Shown: positions 12,312 through 25,250, counted from the whole stretch's first letter. The stretch: DNA of 63,940 nucleotides, filler included, from Vicugna vicugna (GCA_013265495.1; 76 parts of 73 records of this genome joined end to end with filler, not necessarily neighbours in it), one strand, 5' to 3'. Translations and numbers: made by a program. The notes: generated by a model not told the origin, from the letters alone.

Positions 12312-13940
12312 NNNNNNNNNNNNNNNNNNNNNNNNNNNNNNNNNNNNNNNNNNNNTTAATTAATTAANNNNNNNNNNNNNNNNNNNNNNNNNNNNNNNNN
12401 NNNNNNNNNNNCATGAGCGACATTTTCAGAGGAAGACATGTCAATGGATATGTAAATTCTGAAAAACATACGTACACACTGACTCAACATCACTTTTAGG
12501 AATCGTTTCCTTTAGGAAAAAAAAAATATCAGTCCAAAAAGATGTATCCATCAGGGCATTTAGACAGCACTGATTACAATGGTGGGAAGAAAAACTGAAA
12601 TGAAATCATATTCAGCAATAGAGAATTGGTTACATAAGTAATTGTGCATTTTTCATTCCCCAATGGAGAAGGAATTTCTAGAGTCACTTGAAAGGAGNNN
12701 NNNNNNNNNNNNNNNNNNNNNNNNNNNNNNNNNNNNNNNNNTTAATTAATTAANNNNNNNNNNNNNNNNNNNNNNNNNNNNNNNNNNNNNNNNNNNNTGG
12801 CCCCTTAAGGATAAATAGCATTGCTCTGAAAATGGCAAACGCTGCTAACTGAAACACCAAAGCTGCATGGTCTGGGCTTTCCTCCAACCCAGGCACAGCC
12901 CTGCACCCCCTCAGCCTCAGTCTGCAGCCCTCGAGAAGATCTAATTCACATGCAAGGCTGTGAACAGCAGCTAAGAATGACGACTCCCAACGTGTATCTC
13001 TAGTCNNNNNNNNNNNNNNNNNNNNNNNNNNNNNNNNNNNNNNNNNNNNNNNNNNNNNNNNNNNNNNNNNNNNNNNNNNNNNNNNNNNNNNNNNNNNNNN
13101 NNNNNNNNNNNNNNNNNNNNNNNNNNNNNNNNNNNNNNNNNNNNNNNNNNNNNNNNNNNNNNNNNNNNNNNNNNNNNNNNNNNNNNNNNNNNNNNNNNNN
13201 NNNNNNNNNNNNNNNNNNNNNNNNNNNNNNNNNNNNNNNNNNNNNNNNNNNNNNNNNNNNNNNNNNNNNNNNNNNNNNNNNNNNNNNNNNNNNNNNNNNN
13301 NNNNNNNNNNNNNNNNNNNNNNNNNNNNNNNNNNNNNNNNNNNNNNNNNNNNNNNNNNNNNNNNNNNNNNNNNNNNNNNNNNNCACCTCAGAAGGCACTG
13401 GATTCTCACACAGAAGGCCCAGGAGAAGGGACTCAAGGTTCTCCCGTGGTCTCAGCTTTGAAGGGCCTGAGGTCTGGGGGAGCTCCTAATAAGCAGAAAC
13501 ACTTGAAAGTGAGCAGATGAGGATGTGGGAACCCAGGCAAAGCTGTTCTCACTCCAACTCCTGGGCTCACGGGAGCCACGGGAAAGGCCTGTGTCCAGGG
13601 TACAGCCTGGCCATCACAGATCCCAGCCTGCAATTGCCAACCCGGACAGCCTAGACTCCATCTACTTGCGACACTTACTTCTGTTCTGTTCACCACCCAG
13701 AATGTGATGGACTCATTCAGATATTCTGGCCTGTCTCAAGTGAGACAAATTCAGTGAAAAATGAAGTGTCCACATTTGGACTAGAGCATGAAATGGAAAC
13801 AAGGCCTCATGGTCAGCATGATGGTGGAGGCCACACCCTTNNNNNNNNNNNNNNNNNNNNNNNNNNNNNNNNNNNNNNNNNNNNTTAATTAATTAANNNN
13901 NNNNNNNNNNNNNNNNNNNNNNNNNNNNNNNNNNNNNNNN

Positions 13941-15399
13941 CTCGGACTTCCCCGAAGAGGGAACACCTGTGACTAAAGAGAGCTAAGTGGAGTTCTCTCT
14001 CGAGCTCCCTCACGCACTGACAATCGTTCCGGAATCCTGAGCGTGGGGAGGTTCCACCAACGGTCGGCAGCGCGTGGGTTCTAACGGAATGCCTAAGCTC
14101 GTATCCCTTGAGGGTTTTCCTAATGTCTCTGTGCCAGGGAATGCTANNNNNNNNNNNNNNNNNNNNNNNNNNNNNNNNNNNNNNNNNNNNNNNNNNNNNN
14201 NNNNNNNNNNNNNNNNNNNNNNNNNNNNNNNNNNNNNNNNNNNNNNNNNNNNNNNNNNNNNNNNNNNNNNNNNNNNNNNNNNNNNNNNNNNNNNNNNNNN
14301 NNNNNNNNNNNNNNNNNNNNNNNNNNNNNNNNNNNNNNNNNNNNNNNNNNNNNNNNNNNNNNNNNNNNNNNNNNNNNNNNNNNNNNNNNNNNNNNNNNNN
14401 NNNNNNNNNNNNNNNNNNNNNNNNNNNNNNNNNNNNNNNNNNNNNNNNNNNNNNNNNNNNNNNNNNNNNNNNNNNNNNNNNNNNNNNNNNNNNNNNNNNN
14501 NNNNNNNNNNNNNNNNNNNNNNNNNNNNNNNNNNNNNNNNNNNNNNNNNNNNNNNNNNNNNNNNNNNNNNNNNNNNNNNNNNNNNNNNNNNNNNNNNNNN
14601 NNNNNNNNNNNNNNNNNNNNNNNNNNNNNNNNNNNNNNNNNNNNNNNNNNNNNNNNNNNNNNNNNNNNNNNNNNNNNNNNNNNNNNNNNNNNNNNNNNNN
14701 NNNNNNNNNNNNNNNNNNNNNNNNNNNNNNNNNNNNNNNNNNNNNNNNNNNNNNNNNNNNNNNNNNNNNNNNNNNNNNNNNNNNNNNNNNNNNNNNNNNN
14801 NNNNNNNNNNNNNNNNNNNNNNNNNNNNNNNNNTGTCGGCAGCGCGTGGGTTCTAACGGAATGCCTAAGTTCGTCTCCCCTGAGGGTTTTCCTAATGTCT
14901 CTGTGCCAGGGAATGCTAGGGGTGATTGCAAGATATCCCAGTGACCAAGACTGCCTCCCCAAGGTCAGGGAAGTTATTTCCCGGACTTCCCCGAACAGGG
15001 AACCCCTGTGACTGAAGACAGCTTCGTGGAATTGTCTCTCGAGCTCACCCACGCACTGAAAATGTATCCGGAATCCTGAGCGTAGGGAGGTTCCACCAAC
15101 GGTCGGCAGCGCGTGGGTTCTAACGGAATGCCTAAGCTCGTCTCCCCTGAGGGTTTTCCTAATATCTCTGTGCCAGGGAATGCTAGGGGTGATTGCAGGA
15201 TATCCCAGTGACCGAGGCTGCCTCCCCAAGATCAGGGAAGTTATTTCCCGGACTTCCCCGAACAGGGAATACCTGTGACTGAAGAGAGCTGCGTGGAGTT
15301 GTCTCTCGAGCTCCCCCACGCAATGATAATGATTCCGGAATCCTGAGCGTGGGGAGTTCCACCAACAGTCGGCAGCGCGTGGGTTCTAACGGAATGCCT
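13941..15399 (-). repeat. Satellite A array (267 bp), gapped
   Basis: Tandem reverse-complement monomers with GGCAGCGCGTGGGTTCTAACGGAATGCCT recurring. Confidence 0.96.
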
Positions 15400-15499
15400 N
15401 NNNNNNNNNNNNNNNNNNNNNNNNNNNNNNNNNNNNNNNNNNNTTAATTAATTAANNNNNNNNNNNNNNNNNNNNNNNNNNNNNNNNNNNNNNNNNNNN

Positions 15500-16209
15500 C
15501 ATGTAGATGGAATCTATTCAAATTACATATGTCTAGGAGAGAATACGATCCAAGAGGGTTTTTGTGGGATCAAACTGTGATTCTTGAATCTGGTGATAGG
15601 AAGAACCTACAAAGTCAAAGTAAATATTTCAGAGTGCATAGGTAACTTGTTTGGTGGTTGAAACATCAGTCATGCGCATGTTCACAACTCAGAAATTCAA
15701 GTTTGAGGAATCTGTGATGCATGAAACATGTTCGTAATACGGAATGCCATGGTTATGTAAAAAATGTAAATTACATGTGTATTGGTGAGAATTCGCTCAA
15801 AGAGTGTTNNNNNNNNNNNNNNNNNNNNNNNNNNNNNNNNNNNNNNNNNNNNNNNNNNNNNNNNNNNNNNNNNNNNNNNNNNNNNNNNNNNNNNNNNNNN
15901 NNNNNNNNNNNNNNNNNNNNNNNNNNNNNNNNNNNNNNNNNNNNNNNNNNNNNNNNNNNNNNNNNNNNNNNNNNNNNNNNNNNNNNNNNNNNNNNNNNNN
16001 NNNNNNNNNNNNNNNNNNNNNNNNNNNNNNNNNNNNNNNNNNNNNNNNNNNNNNNNNNNNNNNNNNNNNNNNNNNNNNNNNNNNNNNNNNNNNNNNNNNN
16101 NNNNNNNNNNNNNNNNNNNNNNNNNNNNNNNNNNNNNNNNNNNNGTAATCCAGATGTCCTCAATTCAGGAATGTATATATGTCGAATCCGTCATGTATGT
16201 AGCATGTAC
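15500..16209 (+). repeat. Satellite C (~247-bp monomers, 741-bp trimer)
   Basis: CATCAGTCATGCGCATGTTCACAACTCAGAAAT is shared with 16310-16819 and 20289-21435. Confidence 0.92.
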
Positions 16210-16309
16210 NNNNNNNNNNNNNNNNNNNNNNNNNNNNNNNNNNNNNNNNNNNNTTAATTAATTAANNNNNNNNNNNNNNNNNNNNNNNNNNNNNNNNNNN
16301 NNNNNNNNN

Positions 16310-16819
16310 ATCTATTCAAATTAAATATCTCAAGGGTAGAATTCGCTCCAAGAGAGTTTTTCTTGGATCAAAGTGTGATTCTTCAAACTGGTGATAGTCA
16401 GAAGCTACGAAGTCAAAATAAATATTTCATAGTGCATAGGTAACTTGTTTGGTGGTTGAAACATCAGTCAGGCGCATGTTCACAACTCAGAAATGCATGT
16501 TTGAGGAATCCGTGATGCATGAAACATGTTCGTAGTANNNNNNNNNNNNNNNNNNNNNNNNNNNNNNNNNNNNNNNNNNNNNNNNNNNNNNNNNNNNNNN
16601 NNNNNNNNNNNNNNNNNNNNNNNNNNNNNNNNNNNNNNNNNNNNNNNNNNNNNNNNNNNNNNNNNNNNNNNNNNNNNNNNNNNNNNNNNNNNNNNNNNNN
16701 NNNNNNNNNNNAAGGTCAGTACATGCTCACAAGCCAGAAACGCATGATTGCCAAATCCGACATACATGTAGTAGGTACGGAACCCGAAATGCCATGTTGT
16801 TGGAATTCATGTAAATTAT
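16310..16819 (+). repeat. Satellite C
   Basis: Same monomer motifs in the same b-c-a order. Confidence 0.92.
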
Positions 16820-16919
16820 NNNNNNNNNNNNNNNNNNNNNNNNNNNNNNNNNNNNNNNNNNNNTTAATTAATTAANNNNNNNNNNNNNNNNNNNNNNNNN
16901 NNNNNNNNNNNNNNNNNNN

Positions 16920-18106
16920 AGTCCCCTGTTCGGGGAAGTCCGAGAAATACCGTCCCTGACCTTGTAAAGGCAGACTCTGTCACAGGGATATCCTGCAAAC
17001 CCCCTAGCATTCCCTGGCACAGAGAGATTAGTAAAACCCTCAGGGGAGACGAGCTTAGGCATTCCGTTATACCCACGCGCTGCCGACCGTTGGTGGAACC
17101 TCCCACGCTCAGGATTCCGGAACCATTTTCAGTGCGTGGGGGAGCTCGAGACACAACTCCACGCAGCTCTCTCCAGTCACAGGTGTTCCCTGTTCGGGGA
17201 AGTCCGAGAAATAACTTCCCTGACCTTGGGGGGTCAGCCTTTGTCACTGGGATATCCTGCAAACCGCCCTAGCATTCCCTGGCACAGAGAAATTAGGAAN
17301 NNNNNNNNNNNNNNNNNNNNNNNNNNNNNNNNNNNNNNNNNNNNNNNNNNNNNNNNNNNNNNNNNNNNNNNNNNNNNNNNNNNNNNNNNNNNNNNNNNNN
17401 NNNNNNNNNNNNNNNNNNNNNNNNNNNNNNNNNNNNNNNNNNNNNNNNNNNNNNNNNNNNNNNNNNNNNNNNNNNNNNNNNNNNNNNNNNNNNNNNNNNN
17501 NNNNNNNNNNNNNNNNNNNNNNNNNNNNNNNNNNNNNNNNNNNNNNNNNNNNNNNNNNNNNNNNNNNNNNNNNNNNNNNNNNNNNNNNNNNNNNNNNNNN
17601 NNNNNNNNNNNNNNNNNNNNNNNNNNNNNNNNNNNNNNNNNNNNNNNNNNNNNNNNNNNNNNNNNNNNNNNNNNNNNNNNNNNNNNNNNNNNNNNNNNNN
17701 NNNNNNNNNNNNNNNNNNNNNNNNNNNNNNNNNNNNNNNNNNNNNNNNNNNNNNNNNNNNNNNNNNNNNNNNNNNNNNNNNNNNNNNNNNNNNNNNNNNN
17801 NNNNNNNNNNNNNNNNNNNNNNNNNNNNNNNNNNNNNNNNNNNNNNNNNNNNNNNNNNNNNNNNNNNNNNNNNNNNNNNNNNNNNNNNNNNNNNNNNNNN
17901 NNNNNNNNNNNNNNNNNNNNNNNNNNNNNNNNNNNNNNNNNNNNNNNNNNNNNNNNNNNNNNNNNNNNNNNNNNNNNNNNNNNNNNNNNNNNNNNTTGGG
18001 GAGGCAGCCTCTGTCACTGGGATATACTGCAAACCCCCATAGCATTCCCTAGCACAGAGAAATTAGGAAAACACTCAGGGGATACGAGCATAGGGATTCC
18101 GTTAGA
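16920..18106 (+). repeat. Satellite A array, gapped
   Basis: CCCTGTTCGGGGAAGTCCGAGAAA recurs at about one monomer spacing. Confidence 0.96.
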
Positions 18107-18206
18107 NNNNNNNNNNNNNNNNNNNNNNNNNNNNNNNNNNNNNNNNNNNNTTAATTAATTAANNNNNNNNNNNNNNNNNNNNNNNNNNNNNNNNNNNNNN
18201 NNNNNN

Positions 18207-18888
18207 CACTTATATCTCAGAACTGAGCATGTGGTGAGACGTTCGTTCATCAAGCCCCACGAGAACGGGTTGCAGGAGTAACACTTACTCGGGTTTCTCA
18301 GTCTGTTTCCTAGTGCCGGTTTGAAGTGCCTGCCGTTTTCACTGTAAAACCAAGATGGAGCTTGTACCTCCACATATATATATATGGAGTGGAGANNNNN
18401 NNNNNNNNNNNNNNNNNNNNNNNNNNNNNNNNNNNNNNNNNNNNNNNNNNNNNNNNNNNNNNNNNNNNNNNNNNNNNCACTTCCTCTCTCAGTCTGTTTC
18501 CTAGTGCCGGTTTGAAGTGACTACCGTTTTCACTGTAAACCCGAGTTGGGGCTTGTACCTTCCCATATATATGTATGAAGTGGAGTCGGCAACTGAACTG
18601 AAACTTTGTGTTCCCTTCAAGCTAGGTAAAGGACGGCTTTCACACACACTTATCTCTCAGAACTGAGCATATGGAGAGACGTTCGTTCATCCAGCACAAA
18701 GGGAACGGTTTGCAGGAGCANNNNNNNNNNNNNNNNNNNNNNNNNNNNNNNNNNNNNNNNNCTGTTTCCTAGGTTTGAAGTGCCTGCCGTTTTCACTGTA
18801 AAACAGAGTTGGAGCTTGTACATCCACATATATATGTGTGGAGTGGATTTGGCAACTGAAAAGAAACTTTGTGCTCCCTTCCCTTCAA
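18207..18888 (-). repeat. Satellite B (249-bp monomer)
   Basis: CTGTTTCCTAG...GGTTTGAAGTG occurs three times; reverse complement of 52798-53953. Confidence 0.93.
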
Positions 18889-18988
18889 NNNNNNNNNNNN
18901 NNNNNNNNNNNNNNNNNNNNNNNNNNNNNNNNTTAATTAATTAANNNNNNNNNNNNNNNNNNNNNNNNNNNNNNNNNNNNNNNNNNNN

Positions 18989-19267
18989 GCTTTCACACAC
19001 ACTTATCTCTCAGAAGTGAGCATGTGGAGAGACGTTCGTTCATCCAGCACCAAGGGAACGGGTTGCAGGAGAAACACTTACTCTGGTTTCTGAGTCTGTT
19101 TCCTAGTGCCGGTTTGAAGTGCCTGCCGTTTTCACTGTAAATCCGAGATGGAACTTGTAACTCCCCATATATATGTATGGAGTGGAGATGGCAACAGAAA
19201 ATTAACTTTGGGTTCCCTTAATGCTAGTTGAAGGACGGCTTTCACACACACTTATTTCTCAGAACTG
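18989..19267 (-). repeat. Satellite B
   Basis: GCTTTCACACACACTTAT at 18989 and 19238 gives a 249-bp period. Confidence 0.95.
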
Positions 19268-19367
19268 NNNNNNNNNNNNNNNNNNNNNNNNNNNNNNNNN
19301 NNNNNNNNNNNTTAATTAATTAANNNNNNNNNNNNNNNNNNNNNNNNNNNNNNNNNNNNNNNNNNNN

Positions 19368-19809
19368 CTGGAGCGATTTCCACCTAACAGATATGTAATT
19401 TATATGTATTTCTACAACATGGAATTCCGGGTTCCATACATGCTACATGTACGACGGATTTGGCAATCATGCATTTCTGACTTGTGAGCATGTGGATTAC
19501 AGACCTTTCACCCTCCGAACAAGGCTTATATAGACTTAGAAATATTTACTCTGACTTCATAGATTTTTCCTATCACCACGTTCTAAAATCGGACATTTGG
19601 CACCAGAAAACACTCTTTGNNNNNNNNNNNNNNNNNNNNNNNNNNNNNNNNNNNNNNNNNNNNNNNNNNNNNNNNNNNNNNNNNNNNNNNNNNNNNNNNN
19701 NNNNNNNNNNNNNNNNNNAACATGCATTGTTGTGAAGATGCGCATGACTGATATTACAACCAAAAAACAAGTTACCAATGCACTTTGAAATATTTACTTT
19801 GACTTGGTT
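19368..19809 (-). repeat. Satellite C
   Basis: Reverse complement of the 54054-54400 region (TTTCTGACTTGTGAGCATGTGGATTAC). Confidence 0.92.
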
Positions 19810-19909
19810 NNNNNNNNNNNNNNNNNNNNNNNNNNNNNNNNNNNNNNNNNNNNTTAATTAATTAANNNNNNNNNNNNNNNNNNNNNNNNNNNNNNNNNNN
19901 NNNNNNNNN

Positions 19910-19990
19910 TGCTGTACACCTGAAACTAACATTGTAAATTGACTACACTTCAAAAAAAATTAATTTAAAGAAATAAGTAAAAATAAAATC
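19910..19990 (+). mobile_element. L1 extreme 3' end with A-rich tail
   Basis: TGCTGTACACCTGAAACTAACATTGTAAATTGACTACACTTCAAAAAAAA. Confidence 0.8.
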
Positions 19991-20288
19991 AATGCCATTA
20001 AGACAAAATAAAAGAACACTCAAATCCCCTTAGCTGTAGGTTGTGGAGATTTATGGTTGCAAGCACCAACTCCACTGGATCACTGCAGCACTGGCTCTCA
20101 CTCTTTCTGACCAACAGAGAATCACTTGGCTTCACTGAGGTTGCTTTTCTTTTCTGTGAATTGTTACAGTTGCAACTAACGATGTATANNNNNNNNNNNN
20201 NNNNNNNNNNNNNNNNNNNNNNNNNNNNNNNNTTAATTAATTAANNNNNNNNNNNNNNNNNNNNNNNNNNNNNNNNNNNNNNNNNNNN

Positions 20289-21435
20289 GGTGGATGAAAG
20301 ATCAGTAATCCACATGCACACAAGTCAGAAACTCATGTTTACTGAATCCATCATGCATGCAGGCAGGTACGGATCCCGGAATGAAATGTTGATGGAAATC
20401 ATCTAAATTACATATCAATTAGGTGGAAATCGCTCCATAAGAATTTTTCTGAGCATAATGCACGAATTCGAATCTTGTGTTAGGGAAAGCTTGTGAAAAT
20501 GAGTACACGTGTCTAGATGAAAACATTCCATTTATAGAGGTTGAAAGATCAGTAATCCACATGCTCTCAACTCAGGAATGCATGTTTGTCAAATCCGTCA
20601 TGCATGTAGCATGTACGGAACACGGAATATCATGTACATGGAATCTATTCTAATTACATTTCTCTAGGGTAGAATTCACTCCAACAGGGTTTTTCTGTGT
20701 TCAAATTGTGATTCTTGTAGCTGGTGACAAGGAGAAGCTATGTAGTCAAAGTAAATATTTCAAAGTGCATAGGTACCCTGTTATGGTTGAAATATCAGTC
20801 ATGCGCATGTTCACAACTCAGAAATGCTTGTTTGAGGAATCCGTGTTGCATGAAACATGTTCGGAATACGGAATGCCATGGTTATGTAAACAATGTAAAT
20901 TACAGGTGTATTAGTGAGAATTCGCTCAAAGAGTTTTTTCTGGTGCCTAATGTCCTATTTTAGGATCTGGTGATAGAAAAAACCTATGAAGTCAGAGTAA
21001 ATATTTCAAAATGTATATATGCCTTGTTTGGTGGATGAAAGATCAGTAATCCACATGCTCACAAGTCAGAAACNNNNNNNNNNNNNNNNNNNNNNNNNNN
21101 NNNNNNNNNNNNNNNNNNNNNNNNNNNNNNNNNNNNNNNNNNNNNNNNNNNNNNNNNNNNNNNNNNNNNNNNNNNNNNNNNNNNNNNNNNNNNNNNNNNN
21201 NNNNNNNNNNNNNNNNNNNNNNNNNNNNNNNNNNNNNNNNNNNNNNNNNNNNNNNNNNNNNNNNNNNNNNNNNNNNNNNNNNNNNNNNNNNNNNNNNNNN
21301 NNNNNNNNNNNNNNNNNNNNNNNNNNNNNNNNNNNNNNNNNNNNNGCATGTAGCAGGAAATTGGAATTCCATGTAGATCGAATCAATTCAAATTACATAT
21401 CTCTACGATAAATTATGCTCCAAGAGTGTTTTTCT
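20289..21435 (+). repeat. Satellite C, complete 741-bp trimeric higher-order repeat
   Basis: GGTGGATGAAAGATCAGTAATCCACATGC at 20289 and 21030 (741 bp apart), with diverged subunit anchors at 20308, 20555, 20801 and 21049. Confidence 0.93.
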
Positions 21436-21535
21436 NNNNNNNNNNNNNNNNNNNNNNNNNNNNNNNNNNNNNNNNNNNNTTAATTAATTAANNNNNNNNN
21501 NNNNNNNNNNNNNNNNNNNNNNNNNNNNNNNNNNN

Positions 21536-21668
21536 GATGGAGGTGCTGCTGGTGTTTAGTGGGTGGGGGTCAGGGGTGTTCCTAGCACCTTACGACACAG
21601 CTCAGCCTCCCCCAGCAAGGATACATCCAACCCCAAATGTCCACAGTGCCACGGCTGAGAAACCCTGC
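21536..21668. mobile_element. MER20 (hAT-Charlie) fragment
   Basis: CCAACCCCAAATGTCCACAGTGCCACGGCTGAGAAACCCTG matches the MER20 terminus. Confidence 0.8.
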
Positions 21669-22511
21669 CTGTGTCCTCAGGATGAACAGTGCATCTCTTA
21701 CCAGAAGTCTGCTCATGTTGCTCTCGGAGGTAGAACAGATTTTCCCAGCATGCGGCACATTGTGCCACTTCGGGGTGAAGCCCTCAACCTTGATCTCAGG
21801 AGTAATGCAAATGCCATGTGACATGTTCTCTTCAGATAAGATTCTGTTTTCAAGACTTTCCCATTTTGGGGGGGGCAGGGGTAGCCTTTACTTTACTAAT
21901 AACTGCAACATACAGAAGATATAAAGCTTTTATTGCCGTCAAGTAAAGATGGAAGGTGGCTGTTACAGTCTACCTTTATGTTCATGCTGAGAAGTATGAT
22001 GTCATTTCAAGTAGCCTCTCTCAAAGCACTTGAATGTACTAGCAGCAAACTGCTAGACCTACAGAATTCAGGTCTCACACGTCTGGAGGTGTCTCCCGCG
22101 ACTGTCCCACGCTTATGACTCTTGTCCCCGAAGTCAGCAGCTGCTCCTCTGCTCTTTACTAACTTGGAAAATTGGAAAGTAGTCTGTGATAGACATCACT
22201 TATCACAGTGCCCTCCTTCCCCAGGTAAGGGTTCCCATAAGGCTAGAAGCCTAGGTATAGATAGAGATACTCTTGCCTCTTTTGCAAAAGTAAATGTGGG
22301 GAGTTTTAAAACAGTCGATCCTTTTCCAAAATCAGAGGGACTTCATGAGAAGTCTTCCTGTATTGAAAGGCCAGTAGTCAGAAATCTTAGGCAGTTCGTG
22401 CTCTGCTGACCNNNNNNNNNNNNNNNNNNNNNNNNNNNNNNNNNNNNNNNNNNNNTTAATTAATTAANNNNNNNNNNNNNNNNNNNNNNNNNNNNNNNNN
22501 NNNNNNNNNNN

Positions 22512-23660
22512 TAATCTCTATTGTATTTAATTCTTCTCTGATCTTTATTATTTCCTCCCTTCCGCTCCTTTTTGGGGCTTTTTGTTCTTCTTTTTCTAAT
22601 TCATTCAGGTGATGGTTTAACTTGTTTATTTGAGATTGTTCTTCTTTTCTGAGGAAGGCCTGTATCGCTATAAACTTCCCTCTTAGCACTGCCTTTGCTG
22701 TGTCCCAAGTTTTGAGTGGTTGTGCTTTCGTTATCATTTGTCTCAAGGTATTTTTTAATTTCAGCTTTGATTTCCTCATTGATCCATTGTTTTTTCAATA
22801 ATATATTGCTTAATCTCCACGCTTTCCTTTTTTTCTCCTTTGTTTCACTGTTGTTGATTTCCAGTTTCATGGCATTGTGGTCAGTAAAGATGCTTGAGAT
22901 AATTTCTATCTTCTTAAAATTGTTGAGGTTTCTTTTGTGCCCAAATACATGATCAATCATGGAAAATGTTCCATGTGCACTTGAGAAGAATGTATATCCT
23001 ATTTTGGGGGGGTGTAATGCTCTGAAAATATCCACCAAATCTAGTTTTTCTATCGTAGTACTTAATTTCTTTGTTGCCTAATTTTCTGTCTGGAAGATCT
23101 GTCTAGTGATGTTAATGCAGTGTTAAAATCTCCAACTATGATTGTATTCCCATCAATATCCCCCTTTATCACTGTTAGTAATTCTTGTATGTGCTTAGGT
23201 GCTCCTATATTGGGTGCATATATATTNNNNNNNNNNNNNNNNNNNNNNNNNNNNNNNNNNNNNNNNNNNNNNNNNNNNNNNNNNNNNNNNNNNNNNNNNN
23301 NNNNNNNNNNNNNNNNNNNNNNNNNNNNNNNNNNNNNNNNNNNNNNNNNNNNNNNNNNNNNNNNNNNNNNNNNNNNNNNNNNNNNNNNNNNNNNNNNNNN
23401 NNNNNNNNNNNNNNNNNNNNNNNNNNNNNNNNNNNNNNNNNNNNNNNNNNNNNNNNNNNNNNNNNNNNNNNNNNNNNNNNNNNNNNNNNNNNNNNNNNNN
23501 NNNNNNNNNNNNNNNNNNNNNNNNNNNNNNNNNNNNNNNNNNNNNNNNNNNNNNNNNNNNNNNNNNNNNNNNNNNNNNNNNNNNNNNNNNNNNNNNNNNN
23601 NNNNNNCATTGACAGTTACAGTAATTAATGATAGATGTGTTTATTGCCATTTTGAACTTA
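22512..23660 (-). mobile_element. Relatively young L1, ORF2 endonuclease/linker region
   Basis: Minus-strand ORFs VDIFRALHP..YTFFSSAHGTFSMIDHVFGHK..DHNAMKLEIN and WDTAKAVLRGKFIAIQAFL are L1 ORF2p; frameshifted. Confidence 0.96.
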
Positions 23661-24042
23661 NNNNNNNNNNNNNNNNNNNNNNNNNNNNNNNNNNNNNNNN
23701 NNNNTTAATTAATTAANNNNNNNNNNNNNNNNNNNNNNNNNNNNNNNNNNNNNNNNNNNNGAGGTCAGACGGCACAGCTGTTCACGGTCGCGTCTGTGCT
23801 GGGCTGACACCGCCTTAATTCTGGAATATAGATCAGCACTTTCCCAACCATGTACCCAAGAATGGAAGATTCTCCCCCATCGCATTTTAGGGACAAGAAG
23901 GAGGTGACTGTGATGTAGGCCTTCTGGAGCAGCCTTAAGCCTNNNNNNNNNNNNNNNNNNNNNNNNNNNNNNNNNNNNNNNNNNNNTTAATTAATTAANN
24001 NNNNNNNNNNNNNNNNNNNNNNNNNNNNNNNNNNNNNNNNNN

Positions 24043-24275
24043 AAGCAGAGTCAGTGTTTCTCCTGCAACCCGTTCCCTTTGTGCTCGTTAACTAACATCT
24101 CTCCGCATGCTCAGTTCAGACAGATAATTGTGTGTGAAAGCCGTCCTTCACCTAGCTTGAAGGGAACACAAAGTTTCTTTTCAGTTGCCAACTCCACTCC
24201 GTACACATATAAGGGAGGTACAAGCTCCAACACGGTTTTACAGTGAAAACGGCAGTCACTTAAACCCGGCACTAG
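24043..24275 (+). repeat. Satellite B monomer directly abutting an L1
   Basis: GTGTGAAAGCCGTCCTTCACCTAGCTTGAAGGGAACACAAAGTTTC...CCGGCACTAG. Confidence 0.93.
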
Positions 24276-25150
24276 TAAAACAAGAAGAAAACCTACGGAA
24301 TGGGAGAAAATGTTTGCAAGTGAATCCGACAAAGGCTTGATCTCCAAAATATATAAACAGCTCATACGACTCAATAAGAAAAAAATAAACAACCCAATCC
24401 AAAAATGGGCAGAAGACCTAAACAAGCAATTTGCCAAGGAAGACATACAAATGATCAAAAAACACATGAAAAAGTGTTCAATATCACTAATTATCAGAGA
24501 AATGCAAATCAAAACTACAATGAGGTATCACCTCACACCAGTCAGAATGGCCGTCATTCAAAAATCCAAAAATGACAAATGCTGGAGAGGCTGTGGAGAA
24601 AGGGNNNNNNNNNNNNNNNNNNNNNNNNNNNNNNNNNNNNNNNNNNNNNNNNNNNNNNNNNNNNNNNNNNNNNNNNNNNNNNNNNNNNNNNNNNNNNNNN
24701 NNNNNNNNNNNNNNNNNNNNNNNNNNNNNNNNNNNNNNNNNNNNNNNNNNNNNNNNNNNNNNNNNNNNNNNNNNNNNNNNNNNNNNNNNNNNNNNNNNNN
24801 NNNNNNNNNNNNNNNNNNNNNNNNNNNNNNNNNNNNNNNNNNNNNNNNNNNNNNNNNNNNNNNNNNNNNNNNNNNNNNNNNNNNNNNNNNNNNNNNNNNN
24901 NNNNNNNNNNNNNNNNNNNNNNNNNNNNNNNNNNNNNNNNNNNNNNNNNNNNNNNNNNNNNNNNNNNNNNNNNNNNNNNNNNNNNNNNNNNNNNNNNNNN
25001 NNNNNNNNNNNAAAAAACAAAAACAAACAAACAAACAAAAACAAAGCATAAATACAGGACAGAAATAGACTCATGGAGAGAATTCAGACTTGTGGTTACT
25101 GGGGTGTGGGGCGGGGTAGAGGGTGGGAAGGGATAGACTGGGATTTCAAA
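24276..25150 (+). mobile_element. 5'-truncated L1 (ORF2 C-terminus and 3'UTR)
   Basis: Open frame [59 protein letters not shown], with 3'UTR after the gap. Confidence 0.96.
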
Positions 25151-25250
25151 NNNNNNNNNNNNNNNNNNNNNNNNNNNNNNNNNNNNNNNNNNNNTTAATT
25201 AATTAANNNNNNNNNNNNNNNNNNNNNNNNNNNNNNNNNNNNNNNNNNNN

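Noticed and set aside
14144..15319. Recurring 'protein family' GELERQLHAALFSHRCSLFGEVRE.. in many ORFs
   Set aside because: Translation of satellite A (267 is divisible by 3). Other copies have stops or frameshifts, and ORFs occur on both strands.
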